From assembly GCA_965240325.2 (NCBI GenBank), contig OZ251226.1, positions 930,001-994,000 on the forward strand: a stretch of 64,000 nt of DNA. The letters run 5' to 3'. The translations under genes and the position numbers were made by a program. Below the pieces are notes generated by a model. The model had not been told where the DNA came from, did no database searches, and saw nothing but the letters and a program-made list of their open reading frames with translations. Position 1 is the first letter of the stretch. Each line of letters starts with the position of its first letter. Source of the DNA: Rebecca billardiae RCC1528 (Eukaryota; Protista; Haptophyta). This document shows, one piece after another, positions 41,385-52,009 of this stretch.

Positions 41385-42845
41385 ATGGCACCGTCTGCGG
41401 CTGGCGACGACCGCGGTCGCTCCGAAGCAGCTATCATCGCCAGCGCCTGCGTTCTCTGTATGGTCGGGCCATTCTCGGGGCAGCTGTTCGCTCCGTCGCT
41501 CCCAGCGATGGCGGAGGCGATCGGTGGGGGCTCCATCGGTGTCATCCAGCTCTCGATGAGCGCCTACACCATCGCCTTTGGCACTGCCCACCTGCCCGCA
41601 GGTGCGGTGTCGGACGTGTACGGGCGCGCGCCGGTGCTCGCCTTTGGTATCGGCCTGTACGCGCTCGCTTCGCTGGCGTGCCCCATGGTGGCGACGGCCA
41701 GGCAGCTGATAGTAGTGCGCTTCTTCCACGGCGCCGGTGCCGCGGCCATCTCCATCACTGGGCCCGCGTCCTTGCGCGACCTCCTAGAGTCGCCCGCTGC
41801 GCGGCAGCGCTCGATGGCGCGCGTGATCATGGCGCGGCAGACGGCCACATTCAGCTCGCCCGCGATCGGCTCGCTCGTGGCGGGCGTCCTCGGGTGGCGC
41901 TGGGTTCTTGGCCTGTACGTGCTGGTTGGCGCCTTGGCTGTGGCCGCCGCGGTGGTCCTGGTCCCACCCCTGCGCGCCAGCCATGCCCAGAAGCTCGCAG
42001 GCGAGACGGCTGCGGGCGGCACGATGGCGCTTGGCCCGGGCGCTCCGCGCAGACTCACGTGCGCGGCCATCGCTCGGCCGTTCCGCGCCCTGCTCGTTGA
42101 CCGCGCCTTCGTAGCGTACGTACTCGCCGACTCGTTCTCCCTCGCCGTGAGCCAGACCTACTCGCAAGCGGCGAGCTACGTCTTCCAGAGCTACTACGGC
42201 CTCGGGCTCGGCGGGTATGCAGTCTGGATGACACTCGTGCCCCTCTGCGTGGTTGGAGGCGTCAAGCTGACGGCGGTGGCGAGGAACGCGCTCCGCGGCG
42301 GCAATACGCGCGTGGTCAGGGCAGCCCTGCTGGCTTCCATCGGCAACGAGGCCCTGCTCCTTGCGCTGTTGCTCGTGCTGCCGCCGCACGCCGCAGCGGC
42401 ATGGTTCGCGTTTGGCTCGTTCCATTTGCTTTTCCAGGGCGTGCGCGGCATGCTCACCACGGCAGCGCAGACTATGGTCGTCGAGCTCAGCCCTGGCAAC
42501 ACGGGCAGCGCGCTGGCGTTGCTCTTCTTCGTGCGCTACGCGCTGATCACAGTCTCTGCGTACGCGATCGGCGCCCTGTACGACAGCGACTGGTGCGTGG
42601 TGGGCGCGCCTGTGCCAACTGCTGGCTTGTTTCTAGGTACTCTCGTGCTAGGCCTGATGGCATTCGACTGCTTCCGCCCACGCGGGCTGGCGGACCACAG
42701 CGCCGCGCCAGAGGCCGCCACGCCGGAGGCCGCCGCGCCGGAGGCCGCCGCGCCGGCTGCATCACCGGGTACTGCCCTGCTAGAGAGCAGGCCGCAGAGC
42801 CCGCTCCTTCATCACGTGTCTCATGCCCCCAGCTCGGCCAGCTGA
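41385..42845 (+). CDS. MFS drug:H+ antiporter (Bcr/CflA, DHA1-like)
   Basis: 'LFAPSLPAMA', MFS motif A 'GAVSDVYGRAPVL', 'LIVVRFFHGAG' and 'SPAIGSLVAGVLGWRW'. About 12 hydrophobic segments; intronless. Confidence 0.88.
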   Translation: MAPSAAGDDRGRSEAAIIASACVLCMVGPFSGQLFAPSLPAMAEAIGGGSIGVIQLSMSAYTIAFGTAHLPAGAVSDVYGRAPVLAFGIGLYALASLACPMVATARQLIVVRFFHGAGAAAISITGPASLRDLLESPAARQRSMARVIMARQTATFSSPAIGSLVAGVLGWRWVLGLYVLVGALAVAAAVVLVPPLRASHAQKLAGETAAGGTMALGPGAPRRLTCAAIARPFRALLVDRAFVAYVLADSFSLAVSQTYSQAASYVFQSYYGLGLGGYAVWMTLVPLCVVGGVKLTAVARNALRGGNTRVVRAALLASIGNEALLLALLLVLPPHAAAAWFAFGSFHLLFQGVRGMLTTAAQTMVVELSPGNTGSALALLFFVRYALITVSAYAIGALYDSDWCVVGAPVPTAGLFLGTLVLGLMAFDCFRPRGLADHSAAPEAATPEAAAPEAAAPAASPGTALLESRPQSPLLHHVSHAPSSAS

Positions 42846-43196
42846 AGCTCGAACGCGGCGGCTGCCGTTGCTGAGCCGCTGTAAGCTAGCTTGCCTAGCT
42901 AGCGGCGGTACTACTACCGCTTCAGCAATGGGCGCTTCATTCATCACTGGGCGCTTAATTCGGCCGCCACTCCAGCAGTGTGACTCGTCCTGTTACGAGT
43001 ACGACGCGCTACGCCTGAGTGAGAGAGTACGGTATCCGATACGGTCCGCCTGCCGGAGAGTGATGAGAATGGCCGGGGCCGCGCCTGGCCCGCCTGTGCA
43101 GACACTCAGGTGCCATTGCCAGTGACGCAAGAGAGGCAGCCAGTGACGACTGAGTCGGCGGCACCGCCCGCACGCGACGCCGCGACGGCACGTACG

Positions 43197-43198
<2 letters not shown>

Positions 43199-43245
<47 letters not shown>
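43199..43245. repeat. (GA)n microsatellite
   Basis: Direct reading; further GA runs extend to ~43350. Confidence 0.95.
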
Positions 43246-43674
43246 ACTAGAGAGAGAATCATCATCAGATTCAGACTTCAGTCTTCAGAGTCAGAGAGAT
43301 CATCACGAGAGATCATCACGAGAGAGAGAGAGACGGAGAGAGAGAGAGAGTAGCAGTCATCGTCCCAGACCGAGTCACGACAGACGACTACTTAACGACA
43401 GTACTGCTGCTGAGGGCATGAGCGGACTCGTGACCGACTCCGAGTCCGATCACTGTTCACTCCGAGTGACGTACGGCTTACGGAATAACCGTCACGTAGC
43501 CGTTACGTGCCTATCAATATAGTGATCGCGGAGTGAGACGACGACATCGGATGACTGTGTTAGAAGACACTAGACAGTACGTGATGAGTACGGCGGTAGT
43601 AAGACAGATAATCGTTATTGATAGTAGTGCGGCTCTGCAAAGGTCAGAGCCGCAAGGCATGGGCGAGTGCGCCG

Positions 43675-43750
43675 ACGACGTGTGTCCGGCGAGCCGCGGT
43701 GGGGCGCAGTGTGCGCGCCCCAGCTTTGTCGCGGCTGCCATCATGTCGCG
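43675..43750 (-). promoter_or_regulatory. SECIS element (type II-like) in the TrxR 3' UTR
   Basis: Minus strand reads cgac-AUGAU-GGCAGCCGCG-ac-AAA-gc-UGGGGCGC/GCGCCCCA ministem-c-CGCGGCU(c)GCC-GGAC...gucg. This gives an AUGA/GA core, a ~10-bp helix II and an apical AAA. Confidence 0.88.
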
Positions 43751-43903
43751 CCGCCGCGCGCGCTGCCAAGCAGGCGAGCGCGCGCAGCGGCAGCAGTCGT
43801 CGGCCCACAGGCCGTGATCTCAGCAAAGCGGCCACCGGCCACTCGCGCCGCGCACTGTGCCGCAGAGGGCGACAGGCGGTGGCGCGAGCGCACTGGTGGC
43901 CGC

Positions 43904-45736
43904 TTAACCTCAGCAGCCCGCCTTCTCGGCGCTGACGCCCGAGCTCTTGGTCACCTTGAGGATGGTGAACTCCTCCGCGTTGGTCGGGTGGATGCCGACC
44001 GTGTCGTCAAACAGCTCCTTGGTCGCGCCGCACTTCATCGCGACCGCAAAGCCCTGCGTGATCTCGCCCGCGGCGGGCCCACACACGTGGAGGCCGATGA
44101 CGCGCTCGTTGTCGCGATTGTCGACGACCAGCTTGGCGTAGCACGCGTTGTCGCCGCGGTGTGGCACCGTCCACTCGAGCGGCTTGAAGTACGAGTGGTA
44201 CACCTCGATGTTGGCCTGCGCGGCGCGGGGCAGCCGCAGCGAGCCGGCCGGCGAGGCGACAGTGAGGCGCGCAGCCCTGGAGCGAGTGATGGCGAGGCGC
44301 GTGCGCGGCGGGAGGGCGGCATGCGGCGCGCCCGCCGGCGGGGCGACGCGCGGCCGCCGCGCACCTCGCCCAGCTTGGCGATGGCGTCCTCTTCGCTCAG
44401 GCCGACGCAGCCGTACTCGAGCGGCGTGAACACGGTAGTGGGCACGCCGTCATAGTCCATGGGCTTTGTCGCGCCGGCAAAGATGCGCTTGGCCAGCAGC
44501 TTGCCGGCCTGGATGGCGACGGGCGTGAGCTCGGGCCGGCCGTCGAGCACGTCGCCGATCGCGAAGATGTGCTCCACGTTCGTCTGCTCCCCCTTCGCCG
44601 GGATCTTGCCGGTCTTCGGGTTGACCTGCACGCCGGCCTTGTCCAGGCCGATCTTGCTCGTCTCCGCGTCGCGTCCGATCGCGACGAGCACGGTGTCGAA
44701 GAGGCCCTCGCCGACCGTGCCGTCGGCGTACTTCCACGTGACCTTCTTCTGGCCGTTCTCCGCCGCCTCGACCGCCGTCGGCACCGCCTGCTCGATGAAG
44801 CTGACGCCGTGCTCCTGCATGTACGCCTTGACCTGCCCCGCCATCTGCTGGTCAAAGCCGCGCAGCGGGATCGAGCGCATCATCACGTGCGCCTTCATGC
44901 CGAGGCCGTGGATGAAGCCAGCGCACTCGAGGGAGATGTACGACGCGCCGATGCACAGCGTGGTGCCTGGGGGCGAGGGCAGCGCGAAGAGGTCGTCCGA
45001 CGAGATCGTCAGCTCCTTCCCCCCCGGGATCTCCGGGTAGCGTGGCCGGCCGCCCACCGCGATCACAAAGCGCGCGCCCGTGACCGTCGTGACCTTGCCC
45101 TTCTTGTCCGTGCACTCGATGGTGTGCGGGTCGGTGAAGACGGCGTACGCGTTGAGGTACTTGATGCCCTCGGTCATCAGCTCCGAGCGGTACCCAAAGT
45201 TCAGGCTCTTGATGTGGTTCTGCACATTCTCCACCATCGCCTCCCACTTGTGCGACACCTCCGGCACCTCCCACCCGTAGCTGCGCGCGTCGCTCATGCC
45301 CTCGCCGAGCAGGGCAGCCTGGTGCATCAGCTTCTTCGGGATGCAGCCCACGTTCACGCACGTGCCACCGAGGCCCCACTTGGTGCCAGCGGGCGAAGGC
45401 TGCACGAAGTCGCACACGGCGACCTTGGCGCCTAGCATCGCGGCGTTCTTCCCACACGAGAGACCACCGGACCCGCCGCCGATGACCTGCGCGGCGGCGC
45501 GGCGAGGGCGCGGGCGGGACAAGGGGCGGGCATCAGGTGCGGCTCGCACGCCCACCCGCGGCTGAGACTAGCAGCCGCGCACAGCCCTGGCCTGCGCGCA
45601 CGATCAGATCATAGTCGTACGAGTGCTCGCCAATCTTCGGGCCGTTGCTGACGACCGGCACCGCCTCGGCCCCGCTGCCGTTGGCCTCGCCCATCGCTGC
45701 GTCACCACCCGCGCCACCCGTCAGCCAAGACAGCAT
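43904..45736 (-). CDS. TXNRD: High-MW thioredoxin reductase, selenoprotein (C-terminal Gly-Cys-Sec-Gly); introns 45487-45601 and 44216-44364
   Basis: 'YDYDLI|VIGGGSGG', redox motif '[13 protein letters not shown]' and 'GIHPTNAEE'. The end reads GGC TGC TGA GGT TAA, with TGA at 43912-43910 as Sec. Confidence 0.95.
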
Positions 45737-46859
45737 GCGCGCTCGCTTGAGCGGACGCCCCGCCGTCCGCAGCGCGAGTATGATTCACGCCACCGCCGGC
45801 GCCCCGGTGTCGAGCTCGGAGCAACCCCGCTATTGATCCCCGGCTTGACCGCGCGATGGGAAATATGACGACAGTTGGCGGCTGGTCCGGGAGCCCGGAC
45901 GCATGCCGGTTGGCAAGGGGGAATGGCGGATCACACGGAACCGGGCCGGGGGGGCCGTGAGACTGACCCGCCCGCGTGTTTCTGGACTCTGGAGGCGCTG
46001 CCGTGCTGAGTGCACGGCGCCTGCGGCACGATGCCGACCCCGGGGGTCTCGCTTGCGGCAGCGGCGGTGTTCCCCTTCGTGGGCTAGGCACGTGGGTGAT
46101 CATGTGGAAGTTGCCCCCGTGGTCGACACTCCTGGGAGCACAGTGCTCGTCTTCACGGCGCAGCTCGTGCCGGTGCTGGCACAACGCAGCAGGGAGAGCT
46201 AGCTGCTGCTCAATCGTCCGCCGCCGGCATCATCAGGCGACTCTGCAGATCCCGAAGATTCTTCGGCGCCAGCGTCTGCTTGATCGGCTACAGGCTGCCA
46301 ACATCGTCAGTGACAATCGGCGCGCTATCATCGGTTCTGCCGGCTTTAGCAGTCGAACCGCCGCCCCCCGCGGCCTATTGTACTCGTTGGCATCCACCGA
46401 GTATAAGTTCATACCGCGAGACTTCAATGATGATCATCATCCTGGGCATGCAACGAGCGCGATATCGTCGCCGCAGTGGCACCAACCGTGCGACGGGCGC
46501 TTATTACTAAGTTGAAATCGATTATTCGTCGTGTAGCTTATGATCATCATCAATAATAAAGTAATTACTACAATTAGTTCAATAAATGACGAATCAGTAG
46601 TCGTAGCTAGCAGCATATTCAGACTACTTTATTGCAGGCCGCCGGCGCCGGTCCATGATCGTCGCGAAGTGATCGTGACCACGACTCACGATGTCAGTCA
46701 GTCTGACTGGCGGACTGTCAGTGCCTCCGTCTGACTGACTAGTGACTGTAGTCAGTCTGACACTGCTAAGTCACACTGTCAGTGACAGTGTCACATAGAT
46801 CGTCCGACCCGTACCCTCATTATAAGCATTAGGATCGATGAGCGAGATAAGAGAGTGCT

Positions 46860-46990
46860 AGAGAGAGAGCGCGAGTGAGAGAGCGAGAGAGAGAGACGGA
46901 CGAGAGGGCGAGAGAGCGACGAGAGCGAGAGCGAGAGAGAGAAAGAGTAGCGAGAGAGAGAAAGAGTCAAGCGCGCGCAAGAGCCGAGAC
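46860..46990. repeat. Degenerate GA-rich microsatellite
   Basis: Direct reading. Confidence 0.85.
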
Positions 46991-47095
46991 ACAGAGTGAG
47001 ATGAAGTACAATGAGCCAGGCGAAGCTGTCCGAGCTCCGCAAGCTCCGCGAGCTGCCCGCACCGGGTGCCCATCGCCTCGTAGCCTCGCATCGAT

Positions 47096-48769
47096 CTAGA
47101 AGGCCACCGGCCCTGCGATGTTGAGGGCGGCGAGGTAGTCGATGACGAGTTTGCTCGCCTGGTCGTGGGCGTAGCGCCCGAGGCACAGGCCGCCACCCAT
47201 CACGATCAGCGTCGTCGAAGGCTGCGCGTCGCTCCCAAACAGCTCGACCGCGTCCACCCAGTCGTCCATCATCACGGTCACGATGTCCTCTTGGTGCCTG
47301 CTCCAGAGGGAGAGGACGCGATCGGTCTGATCGGGGCCGACGGCGAGGACCACCTGCGGCCGCGCGAGCCTTGGCAGCGTCGAGAGCAGCTTGAGCGCGG
47401 CCGCCTTGGGCATCTCGCGCCACGCGACCAGCATCGGCCGCAGCGAGTGGATCAGCTGCAGGTGGCGCACGACCGCAGGGTGGGGGTCGCCAAAGCGCAC
47501 GCGCGCGCGGCGCCAGGCGCGCAGCGTGGAGCTGTGCACGAGGCGCTCGGAGCCAGGTACGACACCCGCGCGGGGTACGAACAGATAGGCCAGGTCGACC
47601 GGCAGCCCGCCGCGCGCCACCTTGAGCGCCGAGCCCGCGCCGCGCACCGCGCTCGCGAGCGCGCTCGGCTCCCACAGCAGCCGGCCGATCTGGAGCGAGT
47701 CAGCGATCAGCGCGCGCGTGCTCGGGAGGCACTCGGCCTCGTACTTGCCGAGCAGCGCGTCGGTGGCCGCGCCCGACCACACGAGCGTGAGCTTGCGGCA
47801 CAGGTTGTGCGCGTTGCGCAGCCCCGCGCTCAGACCCTGCCCCAGGAAGGGCGGCACGCCGTGCGCCGCGTCGCCGCACAGGAAGACGCGTCCCGACTGC
47901 CAGCTCGGCGCGAGGCACGCCTGGAAGCGGTACACCCCATGACGCACGAGCCGCACGCTCTCCATCCGGCCGGGCTGGACGAACGGCTCGATCAGCTCGC
48001 GCACGCGCTCCGGCGCCTGCAGCTTGAGCGCGTCGTCGGCGCTGTCGACGCGGAACTCCCAGCGCACCCGGTCCTTCTGACCGCTCAGCGCAAACATGAC
48101 GGGCCGGCGGCCGTCCACCACGTGGTAGATGGCGGCCCGCGCGCCGTAGAGCACGCTCATCGGCGCGTACGCGTCCACCACCAGGGACGCCCCGCTCTCG
48201 CCGAGGCTCTCCATCCGCACGCCGATCTGCTCGCGCACAAAGCTGCTCGCGCCGTCGCAGCCGACCACAAAGCCGCCCTGCAGCTCGCGCAGCTTGCCCG
48301 TCGCGCCCTCTCGCACGACGAGGCGCGGCGTGCCGTCCTTTGCGCTCCACAGATTCACGGCGGACGTGCCGAACAGCGCGTTCACCTGCGGGTGCTTCGT
48401 GAGCACCCGCCACAGCATCGCTTCGAGCTCCGTCTGGTCAAAGAAGAGGCGCCAGTCGTCGTCGCTCGAGTCCGTCGTCACAAACGGCTCGCCTTGCGAC
48501 CAGCGGTGCATGTCCGCGTAGTAGCCGGCCGCGAGACATCGCTCGAACGCTACCTGCTCGGCCTCGACACCGAGCGCCGCGCGTATCATCGCCACGGAGA
48601 AGCTGTCGACGCTGAGGGCGCGCGGGTACGGGTACGCCTGCCGCTTCTCCTCGACAAGGGCGACGCGCATGCCCGCGCGCGCAAGTTGGAGCGCCGTCAC
48701 GCTGCCAACAGGGCCGCCGCCGACGACGATGGCATCGTACGGCGACTCCACCGCTCGGCGCCTCGCCAT
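47096..48769 (-). CDS. FAD-dependent aromatic monooxygenase (MhpA/PheA family)
   Basis: 'AIVVGGGPVG', 'YPRA', 'FFDQTELEAML', 'VVGCDGASSFVR' and 'GRVFLCGDAAHGVPPFLGQGLSAGLRNAHNL'. Intronless. Confidence 0.9.
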   Translation of the reverse strand: MARRRAVESPYDAIVVGGGPVGSVTALQLARAGMRVALVEEKRQAYPYPRALSVDSFSVAMIRAALGVEAEQVAFERCLAAGYYADMHRWSQGEPFVTTDSSDDDWRLFFDQTELEAMLWRVLTKHPQVNALFGTSAVNLWSAKDGTPRLVVREGATGKLRELQGGFVVGCDGASSFVREQIGVRMESLGESGASLVVDAYAPMSVLYGARAAIYHVVDGRRPVMFALSGQKDRVRWEFRVDSADDALKLQAPERVRELIEPFVQPGRMESVRLVRHGVYRFQACLAPSWQSGRVFLCGDAAHGVPPFLGQGLSAGLRNAHNLCRKLTLVWSGAATDALLGKYEAECLPSTRALIADSLQIGRLLWEPSALASAVRGAGSALKVARGGLPVDLAYLFVPRAGVVPGSERLVHSSTLRAWRRARVRFGDPHPAVVRHLQLIHSLRPMLVAWREMPKAAALKLLSTLPRLARPQVVLAVGPDQTDRVLSLWSRHQEDIVTVMMDDWVDAVELFGSDAQPSTTLIVMGGGLCLGRYAHDQASKLVIDYLAALNIAGPVAF

Positions 48770-49131
48770 CGCCGTGCGCGTCGCACGGCGCCAAGCGTGT
48801 CCGAAAAGTGGTGCGCGCGACTGCAGCTTGTACTAAAAGTAGTAGCTGCACTGGTGATTTCATTTCAGCTTGCCGTGGTCCTGTGAAAGTCCTGCCAGCC
48901 GTCCAGATCGGAGATCGGCATCTCCCAGTCTGCAAACGGTGCGTGCTTGCGACGCAACGATCGACGCGATTCGTACTTTGCTCTCAACGCGTCCGCGCGT
49001 TGGTCGCTCCGGAATCGCGCCTGCCTAATTCGGGGCTTCTCGGAGTGCGAATCTGACCCGCTCCCACGTGCGTGGGGCGCGCCAAAACGTGCTGTGGCTC
49101 GGCGAGCTCATCAAGTGTGGCCGTGCGCGTA

Positions 49132-50527
49132 ATGATGGCCCTGCGCTCGACGTCGCAGCTCCTCGCGGCGCCTGCGCGCGCCCGCGTGGCGCAGTTCAGC
49201 ACGGCGGCGGCGATCCAGAAGTACAACATCCCCGAGCCGGAAGTGCCGCCCCCGCGCGACTTCGGCCAGCTCAACCCGCCGCCGCGACTCATGCTCGGGC
49301 CTGGGCCATCAAACGCACACCCGCGCGTGTACACGGCGATGGCGACGCCAATGGTGGGCCACATGGACGCGCACTTCATCCAGCTGATGGAGGAGGCAAA
49401 GGAGCTGCTCCGCTACGTCTGGCAGACGAAAAACCCCTTCACCGTCCCTGTGAGCGGCACCGGCTCCGCGGCGTGGGAGGCTGCCCACGCAAACCTCACA
49501 GAGCCCGGGGACGTCACGCTGTGTGCCGTCAACGGCTACTTCGGCGAGCGCGCGGTGGACATGTCGTCGCGGTACACGTCGAACGTGGCGCGCATCGACA
49601 AGCCGTGGGGCGAGGTCTTCACGCTCGACGAGATCAAGGAGGCCTTCGCAAAGTACAAGCCGCAGCTCTTTTGGATTGCCAACGCGGAGACGTCGACCGG
49701 CGCGCGGCAGCCGATGGAGGGCATCGCCGAGATCTGCCACCAGTACGACTGCCTGCTGCTGGCGGACACGGTGACGTCGATCGGCGGCGTGCCGCTCTAC
49801 ATCGACAAATGGGGCATCGACGCGGCGTACGCCGGCGGCCAGAAGGCCCTCGGCATCCCGCCGGGCATGGCGCCGCTGACGTTTGGCGAGCGCGCGCTCG
49901 AGAAGATGTCGCGCCGGAAAGAGCCGGTCAAGAACTGGTACCTCGACATGAACATGATCCGCAAGTACATGCTCGCCGAGGGCAATGCGCCGCGCTCGTA
50001 CCACCACACCGCCCCCATCTCGATGCTGTACGCGTTCCGCGAGGGCCTCAAGGTTGTCTCTGAGGAGGGCCTGCAGAACAGCTGGGCCAGGTGCGCGCTG
50101 CGCCGCGCGCCGCCCGTCGGGGCGGAGCCGCGCCGCGCGCGCGCGGGGGAGCGGCTCTTGCGAGGTGGGCGCGCACGGCTGACCCGGCTCCCGCGCACGC
50201 CGCGCCCCCTCGGCACGGCGCAGGCACCGCGAGAACGGCGAGATGTTCTGGGAGGGCCTCGGTGAGCTTGGCCTCAAGCCGCACGTGGCGTACGAGCACC
50301 GCCTGCCGACGCTCACGACCGTGCGGATCCCGGAGGGAGTCGACGGCAAGCTGGTGGTGAAGCACTGCCTGGACAACTACAACATCGAGATCGCCGGTGG
50401 CCTCGGCGAGCTCGCGGGCGTGGTGTGGCGGATTGGCTTCATGGGCTACAACTCGAAGAAGGAGAACGTGATGACGCTGCTCGCCGCCTTCAAGAGTGCG
50501 CTCAAGGAGCAGGGCAAGCTGCCCTAG
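49132..50527 (+). CDS. AGXT: Alanine-glyoxylate / serine-pyruvate aminotransferase (class V PLP), with mitochondrial-type leader; intron 50091-50223
   Basis: 'LMLGPGPSN', 'SGTGSAAWEA', 'AETSTG', PLP lysine 'GGQKAL', 'SYHHTAP' and 'WRIGFMG'. The intron restores 'SWARHRE'. Confidence 0.93.
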
Positions 50528-50841
50528 GCTTGCTCGTCACGCCGTCCTCGCGTGCGGCTTTCCGCCGCCCGTCCTCTCGCGCTCGCGCTCGTGGGTCCGG
50601 GCCACCGCCACGCTGTGCCGCGCACGGCGAGACGGCATGTGCGCACGCCCCCGACAGCCTGCAGTCAAGAGCTCGCCGGGCCGCATCAGTCACACTGTCC
50701 GTGTGTCACTGAGGCTGGGCTGAGCACAGTCTCCTCGCAGGGACATCACTATGAGCCGGCGGGAGTTTGAGAAGTTAGCCAATGGTCGCGGCGGACGACT
50801 ACCCGCTGCTCGTCGGTTGTATGTAGAATGACGCCATCACG

Positions 50842-50842
<1 letters not shown>

Positions 50843-50872
<30 letters not shown>

Positions 50873-50917
50873 TGTATGTATGTATGTATGTATGTATGTA
50901 TGTATGTATGTATGTAT

Positions 50918-50989
<72 letters not shown>
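50843..50989. repeat. Compound microsatellite (TATG)n(TG)n(TA)n
   Basis: Direct reading. Confidence 0.97.
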
Positions 50990-50992
<3 letters not shown>

Positions 50993-52009
50993 TAGCCACT
51001 CCGCCATGCCCGGCTCGTACAAGGCGTCGGGTACGAATGGACTCTGGAGCTGGATGGTCGCGGCGCGCGGCGTCGTGGAGTAGACAGACCACAATGATCA
51101 ATCATGGAACGATCAGGTTAGCTATGTTGGGATTTGAGCAACGAACGACAGCGGGCGCTGGCAGCGGCGTGGCGGTTGAGCTGCTGCCCGAGGTCGAGAG
51201 GGCGCCCGCGAGTCCCGTTTATAAGTTGGAGCGGGCGTCCAAGTAGTCGTTGATGAATCCCGTTTAGAAATAGAAGAGACGAGGACTGCGCGGCCGCGCG
51301 CGCACGATCGATCGCGACGCTCGGCGAGCAGACACGCGTCAGAGTGCGCCGCACCCGCGCGACGCACGGGCGCGAGGCGAGCGCGTATCTCAAACGATGA
51401 AGCGTGCGGGTTGACGCGACAGCGGCGAGAGCAAGAGACCATTGCATGAGGGGCGACGCGGCGAAGACAGATGATGACGTCGCGCCGCCGAACGATCAGG
51501 CGGGGAGCCGGGCCACACAGACAGCCAGCGACCTTACCGAGCAGAGGGGCTGCGGCGACTGCGGTGCACCTCCTGCAGCGGAGCGTGCACCCGGCAGTGC
51601 CCGATGCAGGCGATTCCCTTGCCCAGCTCGGCGCCTTCGTCGTGAGCAGCCCCATGGCGCCCCCGAGAGTGAAGCCTGATCGATCCGATGTGAGCGGTAA
51701 CCAACCGAGTCCTGCAGGTGCGCCGCTGTGGGCCAGATTGGCAGCGCACCAGGACTCCGCCTGCGCGCGGCGGTGCGCACAGGACAACGCAGGAATGCCG
51801 TGCGAGCCGGATTCTTGGCGTCGCTCATAGACACTCAGTTATAGGTTCCCTATAACGCCACATATATCGGTATATGTATGTAATGTATGGCGACACTGCG
51901 GCGTCGCGTGACACACGGTCACGGCCACGGGAACATACAGGATTTTAGTGACGAGGATACCATCGTCATGTTCCTCGGGACGCGAATGCGCCCGCCGCCA
52001 TGCTCTGCG

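Noticed and set aside
38744-42100. Long antisense/alternate-frame ORFs (e.g. 38744-42100 +, 22421-24631 +, 28452-33026 +, 12097-14988 -, 1342-3843 +)
   Set aside because: These are shadow ORFs expected from extreme GC content and repeats. The translations are Arg/Ala/Ser-rich with no domain motifs and overlap well-supported genes.
45830-46540. ORFs upstream of TrxR
   Set aside because: Short, mutually overlapping, and no family recognised.
50799-51834. ORFs with (YI)n/(MYVC)n runs and neighbouring 100-220 aa ORFs
   Set aside because: These are microsatellite translations; the adjacent ORFs have no recognisable homology, though a decayed gene cannot be excluded.
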